DNA of 64,000 nucleotides. Source: Antechinus flavipes. Lineage: Eukaryota. Positions 48,340-62,389 of this stretch are shown in pieces. The stretch is from the NCBI RefSeq assembly GCF_016432865.1, contig NC_067399.1, positions 453,902,001 to 453,966,000 on the forward strand, given 5' to 3'. Both the position numbers and the translations under genes were made by a program. Each line of letters opens with the position of its first letter. The stretch's first letter is position 1. The notes below the pieces were generated by a model. That model saw nothing but the letters and a program-made list of their open reading frames with translations. It was not told the origin of the DNA and ran no database searches.

Positions 48340-49430
48340 TTAAATTAAAAATAAATAGAGTTATTTAGAAGCATTCATAATATCAGTAGAATAGCTACAG
48401 TGGTTTTCTTTTTGTTTGCAATTTATTTCTATTCTTCTGTTAATAGAACATGTTATTTCATTATGCTGATGAAAATGACATATCCTCATATGTAAACCAA
48501 TTTGGGCTAAAAACCAATAAGAATCTCTTTAAATTTCCATATGCAAATTTACCTCTCCTCTACCCCTATTCTATACTAGACAAGGCTAATGGCTATTAAA
48601 AAGACCACTTTGACAAGGTTCTCTAAAGATAGTAGTGTGTTAGCTATTAAAAAATACATTGTACAATTTAAAAAACAAATCTCATGCAGTTTTACATTTC
48701 AATTTTTTTCTTTAAAAGGAGTGACTTGTGTACAGGGTATTTAAATGCTTTATAAACAAGAAAGAAAAAATATTCTAGAACCAACTTATTCATTGTCATT
48801 TTCTTCATCTCCCTCATTATTTTCATTTTCCTTTTTTTTCTTTCTTCTACTTTTTCACGACCTTCTCAGCTTTGACAATTCCTCTCTTTTTATCCACTAG
48901 CAGGTGCAGTGATAATCTTTTCATATCTTCCCTTCAGATTAGTAGTCTTCTTTTCATAATATTGCTTGTCATCTAGAACAATGTTATTTCATGTCTCCCA
49001 ATTTTTTTTGCCCACATTTCCAATAGGAAGACCAGGATTTTCTGCTTTGATTTTTGGATGGCCCTCAGAACAGAATTTTTAAAAAGTTCAAAGAGGCCTC
49101 TTCATTGCAATGGGATTTTTGTTTCTCCTATAGATGGTATGTAGGTTTTCAATTCTCTTTCAAAATAAACCTTATTAGTTTTTCTAGTGTCTTCAAATTT
49201 TTTCTCTCTCTCTAACTGACCTTGTCTTCTATACTTTTGAGCATTTTTAAAAGTTTCTGAGAAGCTTGCAGAAACATCTAGGGACTTCTTGGGTTTCTCC
49301 CCAGAGTTTTGAACAAGCAAGACATAAAAAGATATTTTTTTTCCTTCTGGCTCCTTAGAATCTTTGCCTTTGCCCATTTAAAATTTTACTTTCCCTCAGC
49401 TCTGCATTGAGTAATTCAGTGCCTATCCAA
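48340..49430 (-). pseudogene. HMGB1: HMGB1 processed pseudogene (5'UTR remnant, CDS remnant 49377-48786, 3'UTR remnant)
   Basis: ORF MGKGKDSKEPEGKKISFYVLLVQ...KFEDTRK..YFERELKTYIP aligns to HMGB1 box A. Box B and the acidic tail follow with stops and frameshifts, with no introns. TAAGTTGGTTCTAG stop context and CACTCCTTTTAAAGAAAAAAATTGAAATGTAA match the HMGB1 3'UTR as I remember it. Confidence 0.93.
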
Positions 49431-49825
49431 CTGTTCCTTGGTCCAGTATTCATTATACTGTCATGGCTGTTGATCATTGAATTTAGAGATGGAAAATACT
49501 TTCTCCCTACTCAGGAAATAGGTAAGTGGTGCAATGGATAGAACATTGGTCCAGAACTGAGTCCAGACTCAGGAACTTTTGAGTTTAAATTTGACTTCAC
49601 TAACTAACTGTGTGACCTTGGACAAGTATTTATGTACTTGGATAAGTCACTTAACTTCTTTGCCTCAGTTTTCTCAATAGTAAAATGAGGAAAGATGAGT
49701 TTTGAAGAGGATCAGATGAGAAAATATTTGTAAAGTGCTTAGCATAGCTCCTGGCACAAAGTGGGCGTAAATGTTAATTGTTGTTATTAATTTATTCCCT
49801 TGATTTTATTTTATTTTAATTTTAA

Positions 49826-49972
49826 TTTTTTTGTTGAGGTAATTGGGGCTAAGCGACTTGCCCAGAGTCACATAGCTAGGAAGTGTTTAAGTGTCTGAGG
49901 CCACATGTGAATTCAGTTCCTCCTGACTTCAGGGTTGGTGCTCTATCCACTGTACCCCCTAACTTACCCCCC
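49826..49972 (-). mobile_element. WSINE-like SINE
   Basis: Consensus match. Confidence 0.85.
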
Positions 49973-52900
49973 CTTCATTTTATAGAGAAGAAAACAAGTG
50001 AAATTACCAGCCTAATAGAAGGCAGAAGTGAAAGCTTCTGATATGAAATCCAGAGTCTTATGCCAGGAAATTGGCAGAGGAGCCAATTTTTACTCAATAC
50101 ATCAAAAAACTTCTTAGTAATTAGAGCGCTTTGCAGTAGAATAAACTGTCTTAGGAGCTATTGATCTTCCAAAAATAGGTAGTGTGGGCACTTGTCAAGG
50201 CTGTTGTGGAGAGATCACAGGATTTAGAACTTGGTCATCTAGCCCAATTCCTTCAATATATAGATGAGGAAAACAGACTTGGAGAGGTACAGTCACTTGT
50301 CCAAAATTACATGATATACAATAGAGGTGGGAATACAACCCCAGATCTTCCTTCTATAATTTGATTGTTCTTTACTGTTGGAATATAAACTAGATGACCT
50401 CTAAGATTCTTTCTAGTTCTGTGATTTTGAAACCTAAATAGATATATTTAAATGAGTTTTTATATTATTTCCAGCTTCTGCTCATTAGAAAATTAATACT
50501 GACTGCTTTTAGTAAGCTGGATTTCCCCAAATCTCACTGAAACAATAGTACATTTCCTTTTTAAAAAAATCATTAACATTTCATTTTTTAAAATTTTACA
50601 CAAAATTGTCAACATTCATTTTCTGAAAGATTTTGAGTTACAAATTTTTCTCATTTCCTTCCGTACTTCCTAAGTTAGTTAAGCAATCTGGTATAGGTTT
50701 TTGCAAGTAGATATCTTCTTCTGGAAGTATACCTTTACTGCCTTTGTGATCTTCCAAACTCTAGAATGGAGGATTGAACTCTAAGGTCTCTATCTAGTTC
50801 TCAAAATCTGTTCCTATGGTTTTATGACCTTAAGTCTCTAGGGAAAACTCATCCATTCATCTGTGGCATTCTTTGCCCTTGAGTTGATGATGAAATATAA
50901 ACTAGTCCATCTAGTTACAGAAGATGCTTCTTTTTTACATGGTATCTAATCACCCAGGCCATCTTGTCCCACCTTACTCAATTGCTTCTGTTATTTTCCC
51001 ATTAGCTCACAAGATTCCTTCTTAGTCAGTTGTTATTCAGTATTTTTTCAACTGGGTTTAATTCTTCATGATACTATTTGGTGTTTTCTTGGCAAAGATA
51101 CTGTAGTGGTTTTCCATGTCTTTCTCCAGCTCATTTTAGATATAAGAAAATTAAGGCAAACAGTATTAAATGACTTACCTAGGATACACTTGCCCAGGTA
51201 AGTGTCTGAACTCATGAAGATGAGTCTTCCTGACTGCATGCCTGGTATTCTATTCACTTTCAACACTTAGCTTCCTTGGTCATCACTCTTCTACTTCTGT
51301 AGTGTTTCTCAATTAAAACACAAGCTCCTAAAGACTTTGTTTCTTTTTTCTTTTTATAGGGGCAGCAATTAATACAGTGTCAGGGATATAATAAGCACCC
51401 AAAGTTAATAATTTCTCCTTTCTTCCTTTTTTTTTCCTCCTTATTTCCAGACCCAGCCTTTAAGGAGTGCCCTATCAATAATCTAAGTCTAATACTTGGA
51501 TTAAACCCTTTATGTGGCTTGGTTGCCTCCTAGTTTCACTCATAGGCTCATAAATGAGTAGTTCTAGAATTAGAAGGGCCCTTAATGGTCCTCAATTTAT
51601 TAAATGAGGAAACTCCTTTGAATCCACTCACATTGGAGGCACAAATCTTTAGGTCTTCTTCATTGAATTGGTGGATTTAATTTTTAGACTTCTCTAGGTC
51701 CGGATGGGAAGTGGCAATGGGGAAGATAGGAGGAATAAGAGGTATGGGAGGGGAGTGGAAGAGAGCCTTAATCAACAATAAAATCAGTCTTTTTAGCTAA
51801 TAGGCCTCTAGAGGTCTTTAAATAACTTGCTTAGGAAATCAAACAAACATTTAGAGAGCATGCAATAATAAGTGGATTCTGATTTAAGAAGGAGTTGGAT
51901 GAAATGCCCTCTGATCTTCCTTCTAATTCAGAGATTCTTTGATTCTGTGAATGAATGAGCTAAACATTAAATTCTAAAGATTGTTTATCTCCTGTGCTGG
52001 AACATGTTCCGTAATCAAGGTATCTGTCAGGGCTCTGAGCTAGGACCTCTTCTCTCTTTATATGACTTCATCTGATGATCTCATCAGTTCCCTTGGATTT
52101 AATTACCATCTCCATGCTAATGATGTTCAAATCTACCAGTAGCTGTTCAATAGTTTCACTTGTGTATGATGCTTTGTGATCTATTTCTTAGCAAAGATGA
52201 TGAAGTGGTTTTCCATTTCCCTCTCTAGCTCATTCTACAGAGGAGGAAACTGAGACAAATAGGATCACATAGATAATAAGTGTCTGGTTAGATTTGAACT
52301 CAGGCCTTCCCTGACTTCAGGCCCAGTGCATTATCCTCTGCTCCATCTAGCTGTTCCCAAATCTATCCTGTCCCAAACTCTCTGTTGACTTCCAATCTCA
52401 CAACTTCATTTGCTTATTACACATTTAAAAATAGATGTCCAGTAGACATCTTAAGTTCAAGAAGTCAGATATGGAGCTTATGAGCTTTCCCTGTAACCCA
52501 CCTTCCTTCTACCTTACCTATTACCAAAGAGGGAAGTACCAGTCCTCTAGTCCTTCAGGCTCAAAATTTAGAAGTCATCCTCAACTCCAAACTCTCTTGA
52601 ATACTTCCTCTTTTCTCTTCTGATCCATCCACCTTTCCTTTCTCTTAATGGAACCAGAGAAAAGTTTTAAGAACATGAGCGATTAAGAACATGAAAGGAG
52701 ACCTAGAAGATAGAATGTTAGAGCCAATTGGGCTCTTAGAACATGGAGTGGATGATGGTCTAGACCTTCATCATCTTATATATGAACCCTTGCAATAGTC
52801 TGCTGATAGGTCTGCCAGCCCTGAGTCTTTCCCCATGCCAAGTTATTCTCCATTCAACCTAAAGTCCATGTCTATTTGTCCCTCCCCCCTTCCATAAACT

Positions 52901-53537
52901 CCAATAGCTTCCTATTATCTCTAGGATCAGACACAAAAAGTAGTTTGGCATTCAAAGCCCTTCATAATTTATCCCCCTCCTACATTTCTAATCTTTTTAC
53001 ACCTTACTCCCCAGTGTGTGCTTCTCCATTCAGTGACCAGTATCATGCGCTTCCCGGGCTCGTCCACAAATAAGACACTCCCTTTCTTGAATCTGGGCAT
53101 TTTCTCAGGCTACTTCTTATGTTTGGAGTGCTCTCCCTCATCTGCTTCTGTTACTGACTTCTCTGGCTTCCTTCGAGTTCAAACTAAAATTCCATCATTT
53201 ACAGGAATCCTTTCCCTCTGTTATTATTTCTTATTTGTCCTGTTTAGAGTTGTTGTTTGTATGTGTTTGTTTGCGTGATATTTCCCTCATTAGATTATAA
53301 GCTTCTTGAGGGCACTCTTTTGCCTCATTTTATATCCCATTGCTTAGCACAGTGCCAGAGCCATAGTAGGCACTTGACAAATGTTTGTTGATTTGCTGAC
53401 TGATATTGCTTAAAGTTCCTTCTAGTCCTAAAAACTCTTTATTCCCTGACATTAAGGAATTCACAGTTTAGTTTACACACATTCAGTAATTAGGGAACAA
53501 TCTAAGACAGTTTATAACACGCGCTAAATTTTGTGGG

Positions 53538-53539
<2 letters not shown>

Positions 53540-53575
<36 letters not shown>
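53540..53575. repeat. (TG)18 microsatellite
   Basis: Direct reading. Confidence 0.98.
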
Positions 53576-53576
<1 letters not shown>

Positions 53577-55195
53577 CCAACATTCCAAATTGGAGAAGGA
53601 ACTTTATCTAGGGAAGGAAATTTAAGCTTCTGTATTGGATGGAGACATTTGCTTATCAGGTCTTAAAAATGGAGGTGGATGGCAGTAACTGGTTTTGTGG
53701 AACCACATTACCATCACTTTTCACACTGATTATCTTCTCTGGAAGATAAAAAAAGAATTAGAGCTGCTGCATTCTGTACCAGGATGGCAAAATAAAATAA
53801 AACGAATATTTGTATAGTGTCTACTATGTGAGGGGCACTGTGCTAAATGTTTTATAAATAGTATCTCATTTGTTCCTCACAACAATCCTAGGAGGTAATT
53901 GCTATTATTATTTCTGTTTTACAGATGAGGAAACTTTGACAGAGATTAAATTGTACAGGGTCACATGATTAATAAGTATCAGAGGTCAGATTTGAACTCA
54001 GGCTTGGGACTCTATCCACTGTGTCACTTAGTTGCCTTTTAAATGTGACCTGGATGATGAAATAGTAGATAGATGTGATGAAAAACCAGGTTGTAGGAGA
54101 GTGGGTTTGGAATGAGAAAAATCCATAACATTATGAACATAGTCACAAGGGCCTTTTATTGATGTGAAAAAGCTTACAGGCAAAATTGATTTAGTGTGGG
54201 TTGTGAGTGAAGCGAGGCTATTTAAGGTCAGAGAGAAGAGGGAGACGGGAAGTAAGGGCAGGGTCTAGAAAGTTGAGGAGGAGTTAGGGAGAGAACAACT
54301 GGAATGCACATTGTCTATGTGAGCAACTGAAAGATGAGACAGCTGAGTGTGCCTTAGATATGCTAATAAGACAGTCCCAAGAATTTGGCCTTTTTTTGTG
54401 GTTGACTATAGGAACAGGATGGACTCAAAGTTCTCATCATTCTTGACAATAAGATAGGATGGAATGACTGGGTTGAGTTCACATCACTGGAGTTCATAGG
54501 GTCAGAGAAGAAATGCTCAGGAGAAACTCTATCATATCTTCATCACATTCTTCTTTACTCTTGAACTCAGAATTATTGAACATCAGAACTAAAAATTCTA
54601 ACATTAGGAACACATCAAGCATGACTCTTATTTTATAGAAATTGAGACCCAAAATACTAAATAATTTCTCTAACATCACGTAACTTTTTAGAATCAGGAC
54701 TTTGTCTTCTGACACCCAGAACAGGTCTCTATCCACTTATACCATTCTGTCTAATGAGTTCACGGCCAAAGGCAATGTCCCTACTGGCTTTCCTCTGGCC
54801 CAATTTACATTGAATTTGGTCCTGCAATTTCAACTTCCATGAAGACTCAGGTAATGAAGTCTAGTGAGGATTCTTCCTAGAGCCAGCGGTACTTAAAATA
54901 AGCCTTCAGAAATGAACAAGAAATGAACAGTGCAAAACTCGGCTGGGGGAGGGGAAGCAAGCATCAATTTTACTTTCTAAGACTTCTTCCTATTTTTATT
55001 ACTGCTTTCTTTTTTTCCTTTCCTTTCACTTCTTATTTTTCCTTTCCTTTCTCTTAATGGAACTAGAGAGAAGTCTGAAGAACATGAGAGATCAGAGCTG
55101 AAAGGAGACCTAGAAGATAGAATGTTAGAGCCAATTGGGCTGTTAGAATGGAGCATAGTGTTAGAGTTAATAGACATCTTTAAATGATTTGACAA

Positions 55196-55746
55196 GAGGC
55201 AGGAAAACTGGGACACTAATGCATTGTTGGTAGACTTGTGAACGAATCCAACCATTCTGGAGAGCAATCTGGAATTATGCCCAAAAAGTTATCAAACTGT
55301 GCATACCCTTTGATCCAGCAGTGTTACTTCTGGGCTTATATCCCAAAGAGATCATAAAGAAGGGAAAGGGACCTGTATGTGCCAAAATGTTTGTGGCAGC
55401 CCTGTTTGTAGTGGGCTAGAAACTGGAAAATGAATGGATGCCCATCAATTGGAGAATGGCTGGGTAAATTGTGGTATATGAATGTTATGGACTATTATTG
55501 TTCTGTAAGAAATGACCAGCAGGATGAATACAGAGAGGCTTGGAGAGACTTACATGAACTGATGCTAAGTGAAATGAGCAGAACCAAGAGATCATCATAT
55601 ACTTCAACAACAATACTGTATGAAGATGTATTCTGATGGAAGTGGATTTCTTTGACAAAGAGACCTAACTCCGTTTCAATTGATAAATGATGGACAGAAG
55701 CAGCTACACCAAAAGAAAAAACACTAGGAAATAAATGTTTTTAAAA
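55196..55746 (+). mobile_element. L1 fragment truncated at both ends
   Basis: 14-bp TSD AAATGATTTGACAA at 55182 and 55747; ORF2 end homologous to the 41.4-kb copy. Confidence 0.9.
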
Positions 55747-56476
55747 AAATGATTTGACAATAGACATTTATAAGATCTCCAAAATGTTTTGTACACTTCA
55801 TCTCACTTGATTTTCATAATAATCTTATAATAATAATAATAATTTTCATAATAATCTCTTCCTTGATTCCAGTCTCAGATCATGATGTGGTTCTTCTTGC
55901 CAAAGCTAATCTCTCTCTTTGTGTTCCTGATCCAGTCCTCTCTTGGCTCCTCTTGTAATTTGCTTTGTCACGTTCTTTCTCCCATTCTCAAGTTTTCTTG
56001 CCTACTAGTGATCAAATGAAATCACATTTGTAAAAAGCAGTTAGCACAGTACCTAGTACATAGGAGAAGTAATGTAAATGATTATTTCCTTCATTTCTCT
56101 TACTGATTTCTTCCCCACTGCCCACACATATGTTTAGGTCTCCCCCATCTTTAAAAAAAATCCTTCATTTGACCCTGACAATTCCTCAAATGTTGTCATA
56201 TACTTCTTCTTTCTTTCATTGCTGAACTCCAAGAAAGACAATCTTCACTGAATGCCTCCATTTCCTTCCCTCAATTCCTCATTTTGATATCAGCTGATTT
56301 TTCAGGCAAAAGTTATTAGTAACATTTTAATTGCTAAATCTAGTGACCTTTATTGAATCTTTATTCTATTTGACTAGGCTCTGCACCTTTTGCCACTGTT
56401 GCCAGCCAGTCAATCCTTCTGTCTCCAACATTTTTTCCCCTGACTTTTATTATTTTTAAAAATTATTATTATTGTT

Positions 56477-56613
56477 TTTGTTGAGGCAGTTAGGATTAAG
56501 TGACTTGCCAGGGTCACATAGCTAGGAATATTAAGTGTCTGAGATCAAATTTGAACACAGGTCCTCCTTATTTCAGAGCTGGTGCTCTATCTACTCCGCC
56601 ACCTCGCTTCCCC
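56477..56613 (-). mobile_element. WSINE-like SINE inserted in L2
   Basis: Consensus match. Confidence 0.8.
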
Positions 56614-57715
56614 ACCTGATTTACTTTTAATGACATTAATGACATTGTTCCCTCCTGGTTTTCTTTCTACTTCTATGATTGCTCCTTGTCCTTCTCCTTT
56701 GTTGGCTTATCAGTCATTTTCTAAATATGGATGCTTCCTAAGACTCTGCCTTAGGTCTTCTTTTCATCCTCTATTCCTTTGATGATCTCATCAGTGTTTG
56801 TAGATGTTTCTCAAATTTGTAGGTGAATCTCACATCTAAATATTCCACTGTAATCTTTTTCCTGAATTCCAGGTACACATAAATTCCAGCACACATACAA
56901 ACCTGTTTGTAGGTGTCCTGTCAGCATCTCAAATAATTCATGTTCAAATTCATCATCTTTCTCAAATCTGTTAATGGAACCACCATTAAAGTAGTCACCT
57001 AAGTTCAAAACCTTGGAGTTATCTTTGACTTTTCTCTTTCTGTTTACACTATCCTCTTCCTTAGCCCCACTTCCCCACCATGTTTCCTCCTGTCTTACTG
57101 ATTCTATCTCCCTAACATTTTTCAGTTTTCCCCTCTATGCTTTCCTTCCATACTTTCTACCCTAGTTCAAATGCTTATCCCTTCTTGACTGAATTATTAT
57201 AAAAGTCTCTTAAGTCTCCCTGTCTCCAGTTGTTTTCCTATTCAATTCATCTTTCAATAGTTACCAAAATAATCTTAAAATACAAGGGTTTTTTTTTTGT
57301 TTTGTTTTGTTTTGTTTTTTACCATGTTTATTGTCTGACCTAGAAATTTTGTGTCTCTCAACTGCCTGTAGGTTAAAATACAGACTCATAAATCTGACAT
57401 ATAAAATATTTCTCAATCTGACTCCAATCCATTTTTATAGATTTATTTCACATTATTACTTTTCATGTTTCAGACAAACTAGACTGCTCACTGAACTCAA
57501 TATGCTGTCTCCCATCTCGGAATCTTTGCACAGACCATACTCCATTCCTAGAATAACTTTTCTCCTCATCTATTTTCATAATTCTTCTTTTCTTTCAGAG
57601 TTCAGATTCTTCTCAAGTGTTTTGACAGGATTTTTTTTTCCTATTTAGCCTACAGCCCATTCCCTTCAAATATGAGCCCTTTGAAAGCTAGGCTCAATCT
57701 CAATTCACTAGTCTC

Positions 57716-58533
57716 TGTCATTATTTCTCTTTTGCCAGGACAATCAGAAAACTTAGTTCAAAGTAAAAGGTATTTAATTAAATGGCAAGAAAAATAAACC
57801 ATATTCAAAGGGGTATACTTTCTCAATAATTCATATGTCATGGAACACAGGAGAAAAGGAGACACATCTGGGAATATACACAGAAAGGGATTCATATATA
57901 GGAAAACTGACTCTTAGAGCTATGTTTCAGTGGCAACCTCTCTGTCTCCAAAGATTAATTTTTTTTTTCTTTTCCAATTTAGTGGCAAGCTATAGTTGTT
58001 CTCTGCCAGATTATTATCCAGGCTACTTCTCACTGTATATTTATGGTATATTTGCACTAACTTCTCCTCTGCAGATCTTTTTGCTGTGTAAAACAGCTGA
58101 TATCTGCTGCTGTTTTGCTGAATTGTAGTCACCATGTGGCTTCTTCTCTAAAATAGAGATGTCTCACCTCAATTAGCCCATACATAGCCTCAGGAACTAT
58201 TCCAACTTTTTTTTTTTTTTTTTTTTTTTTGTGAATTAGATCCACATCTTCTTCGATCTGACTGGCAAAACCCTTAGATTAGGTTTAACAATTTGGATTC
58301 CTTGTCTTTTGAACTTTTACTTTCTTGCTCAAGTTGCAAATCTGAGCCAATTGTTCAATTTCATTTGGGATTTGTATATTCTTTTCAATTCTTTCCTGGT
58401 TCTTTTTACTAGTCTGGGTCCAAACAAATTGTTTTGGGAGCTTTTCTTAGCAAGACTATTGGGGGAGGTTCAGGGGCCTTGTTTTGCCTTCCTTCAGGCA
58501 TCCAAATCATTGTTCTCTCTAAACTGCTTGTCA
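57716..58533 (-). mobile_element. Probable solo LTR
   Basis: TG...CA ends, 5-bp flanks gtctc/ctctc, minus-strand TATA-like CCTATATATG followed by ATTAAA. Confidence 0.45.
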
Positions 58534-58552
58534 CTCTCTGTCTCGCACTTAT

Positions 58553-58769
58553 TTTTATTTTATTTTATTTTAAATAACTTTTTATTGACAGAACCCATTC
58601 CAGGGTAATTTTTTACAACATTATCCCTTGCACTCACTTCTGTTCTGATTTTTACCCTCCCTCCCTCCACCCCCTCCCCTAGATGACAGGCAGTCCTATA
58701 CATGTTAAATAGATTACAGTATATCCTAGATACAGTATATGTGTGAAGAACCGAAGAGTTCTCTTGTTT
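58553..58769 (-). mobile_element. Short L1 3' end
   Basis: Reverse complement of the L1 end at ~42030-42240; 8-bp TSD GCACTTAT at 58545 and 58770. Confidence 0.88.
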
Positions 58770-59218
58770 GCACTTATATGGATGGTAGTTCATCTAGCAG
58801 AATGTTTGCTTTTGAGGGGGAGGGGAAGTTTTGCTTCATTTTTATTTGTATCTCCAGTAGGAATTTAATGCTTGTTTAATAGGATTTAATTTTGGTAAGT
58901 ATGGCAGATTTTAATGGTCCCCATTTTGCAGATAAGAAAATTGGGAGATGAGAGAAGCCTCAGTTAAGTGATTTGGCAATTTTTTTTTTAAACAAATAAT
59001 GCCTTTTTTGGAAGCAGGCTTCTTGAGAATAAGAACATTTTTATTTTTGTCTTTGCATTTCCAGAACCTAATACAATCCTTGGCACATAAACAGGTATTT
59101 GATAAAGGCTTATTGAATGAATTTTTTTAAAAAAAGACTTTATTTAGCAGAACATGTTGCAGAGAATGGAGGTACAGAACACTAGACTAGCTTCTGGGAG
59201 AGAGATATTTTGCAAAGC

Positions 59219-59249
<31 letters not shown>

Positions 59250-60583
59250 GGCTAACTGCATCAAGCTGATTCTAGTGCCCAGTTCCACATTTCAAAAATC
59301 CGCAGCATCATTTCCCATATTCTCCATGACTGCTCCCAATCTCAGAGAATGAGTTGCCTTTTCCCTTCACTAAGGCTAGTCTTTCTCATTATGCCTTTGA
59401 TCTCCCTCCCTTCTGTCTCTTCCAGAGGCTTGCATTTGGTCATCCTTTCTCTCTTCCCAATTTTCAGTCTTCCCTTGTCCATTGGTTCTTTTTGGTTGCC
59501 TACAAACTTTCTGGAACTATTGTGATAGTCTCCTAATTAGTCTCTCTGCATCTATTCTCTCCTTTTTCTAGTGCATCTTCCATACAATTGTCAAATTAGT
59601 ATTCCTAAAGCATGTATCTGTACTGCTAATGAAGCTTTAGTGGCTCCACATTATCCTTAGGGAGTTAAACAATGCCTGGGTTATATATTTATAGCTCTTT
59701 ACAAGCTGGTTCTGGGAACTAGGTGGTACAGTGGATAGATAGTGTGACAGGTCTGGAGTCAGGAAAATTCATCTTTCTGAGTTCAAATCTGGCCTCAGGT
59801 ATTTAATAACCGTGATTTTGGGCAAGTCATTTAATTGAGTTTACCTCCATTTTTTCATCTGTAAAATGAATTGGAGAAGGAAGTGATTAACTACTCCAGT
59901 ATCTTTGTCTACAAAACCCCAAATAGGGTCATGATGAATCAGATATGACAGCAATAACAACAAACTAATTCTAGCCTGTCTTTTCAGATTGATGCCATAT
60001 TGTAGAGGACATACTGGACCTTGACCCTGAACCCTTGATTAGTTTATGAAAATTACTAGCACACTTTCTAAAATCATTACCATAAGTATATTTAGACTTG
60101 TTGAGCCTACAGAAGGAACAACTTGCTTAAGAAATATTTCCTTGAACCCCAGGTAACCAAGTTGCTGGTTTAACTAACTCAGTTTTTAACACATCCTGTT
60201 ACTATACTACTGTCTGAAAAGGATTCTGTTTTTAGCATCTTTAGTATTCTTAATATGGATTAGAGCCAAAATTTTGGTCTAAAAGCTTTCTTCTTCCTAA
60301 CCCTAATTGCCAATAGTTACCCATGTGATTTGGCCCACCTGATTTGGTAATAAATAAAAGAAATAAAACTTTGACTTAAAGAGAATCCTGTGTGAATGTT
60401 CTTACTCTGAACAAAATGCTCTCCTGCAGAAATATTATTCCCTTCTCTCATATATTCTATGCTCTAACCAAATATGCTACTACTCTGTTCCCTTTTGACA
60501 ACAACTCTTCTCTTATCTCTACCTAGGTGCCTGTTCTATGCCTGTAATCTGGTCCTTTTTTACATTTCTTCCTCTTGGAAAGG

Positions 60584-60587
<4 letters not shown>

Positions 60588-60615
<28 letters not shown>

Positions 60616-60732
60616 GCTGAGGCAATTGGGGTTAAGGGAGCTAGGAAGTGTTAAGTGTCTGAGATTACACTTGAACTCAGGTCCTCCTGACTTCAGGGCT
60701 GGTGCTCTATTCACTGTATCATCTAGCTGCCC
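60588..60732 (-). mobile_element. Young WSINE-like SINE with small internal deletion
   Basis: Long T tract; TSD AAAGGCTTT(T) at ~60579 and ~60736. Confidence 0.88.
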
Positions 60733-60770
60733 TGAAAAGGCTTTTAAAAGTCTCAGTTAAAAATGCTTCT

Positions 60771-62021
60771 ATTTGGGACCAAAAAGATCACAAAATAGAT
60801 AACTTTGATTATATTAAGTTAAAAAGTTTTTGTATAAACGAAACTAATGCAGACAAGATTAGAATGGAAGCAATAAACTGCGAAAACATTTTTACATTCA
60901 AAGGTTCTGATAAAGGCTTCATTTCCAAAATATATAGAGAATTGACTCTAATTTATAAGAAATCAAGCCATTCCCCAATTGATAAATGATCAAAGGATAT
61001 GAATAGACAATTTTCAGATGAAGAAATTGAAACTATTTCTAGTCATATGAAAAGGTGCTCCAAATCACTATTGATCAGAGAAATGCAAATTAAGACAACT
61101 CTGAGATATCACTACACACCTCTTACATTGGCTAAGATGACAGGAAAAGATAATGATGAATGTTGGAAGGGATGTGGGAAAACTGGGACACTGATGCATT
61201 GTTGGTAGACTTGTGAACAAATCTAACCATTCTGGAGAGCAATTTGGAACTATGCTCAAAAAGTTATCAAACTGTGCATACTCTTTGATCCAGCAGTGTT
61301 ACTACTGGGTTTATATCCCAAATAGATTTTAAAGGAGGGAAAGGGACCCACATGTGCAAAATTGTTTGTGGCAGCTCTTTTTTGTAATGGCTAGAAACTG
61401 GAAACTGAGTGGATGCCCATCAATTGGAGAATGGCTGAATCAGTTATAGTATATGAATGCTATGGAATATTATTGTTCTGTAAGAAACGACCAATAGCAT
61501 GATTTTAGAGAAGCCTGGAGAAACTTACGGGAACTGATGCTAAGTGAAATGAGGAGAACCAGGAGATCATTATACATAGCAACAATAAGACTATATGATG
61601 ATCAATTCTGATGGATGTAGTTCTCTTCAACAATGAGATGATTCAATCCAGTTTCAATTGTTCAGGGATGAAAAGAGCCATCTACACCCAGAGAAAAGAC
61701 TGTGGGAAGTGAGTGTGGACCACAACATAGTATTTTCACTCTTTCTGTTGTTGTTTGCTTGCAATTTATTTTCTTTCTCAGGCTTTTGGTTTTTTCTCTT
61801 GATCTGATTTTTCTTATGCAGCAAGATAACTGTATAAATATGTATACATATATTGAATTTAACATATATTTTAACATATTTAATATATATTGGACTACCT
61901 GCTATCTAGGGAAGGGGGTGGGGAGAAGAAGGGAGAAATTTGGAACAGAAGGTTTTGCAAGGGTCAGTGTTAAAAAAATTACCCATGCATATGTTTTGTC
62001 AATAAAAAGATATAATAAAAA
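60771..62021 (+). mobile_element. 5'-truncated L1 (~1.25 kb)
   Basis: 12-bp TSD AAAAATGCTTCT at 60759 and 62022; ORF2 C-terminal peptides in the ORF track; complete 3'UTR. Confidence 0.92.
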
Positions 62022-62389
62022 AAAAATGCTTCTTCCATCACTAGACCTTTCCTGATTACTTCATTGTTAGTGCAATCACTATTTATTGTTTTTATATATA
62101 TATTTAATAGTTATTTATTTGTGAGCATATTGTATCACTCCCAATACAATAGATTGTAAGCTCCTTGAAAACGGAAACTGTTTCACTTTTATATTTGTTT
62201 TTCTAGCTCCTAGAACCGTGTTTGACACATTAAAGGTACTTAATAAATTCACATTGGTTAATTGTTGAGAAGGAAATTCAAGTCCATTGTTCTTAAGTGA
62301 CTTACTTAAAGTCATTTAGTAAGTTTAGAGGGTTATGGGACCTCTTGTTGAAATTCTGTTGGTTTTTTGTGATCACCACCACTTTCACT

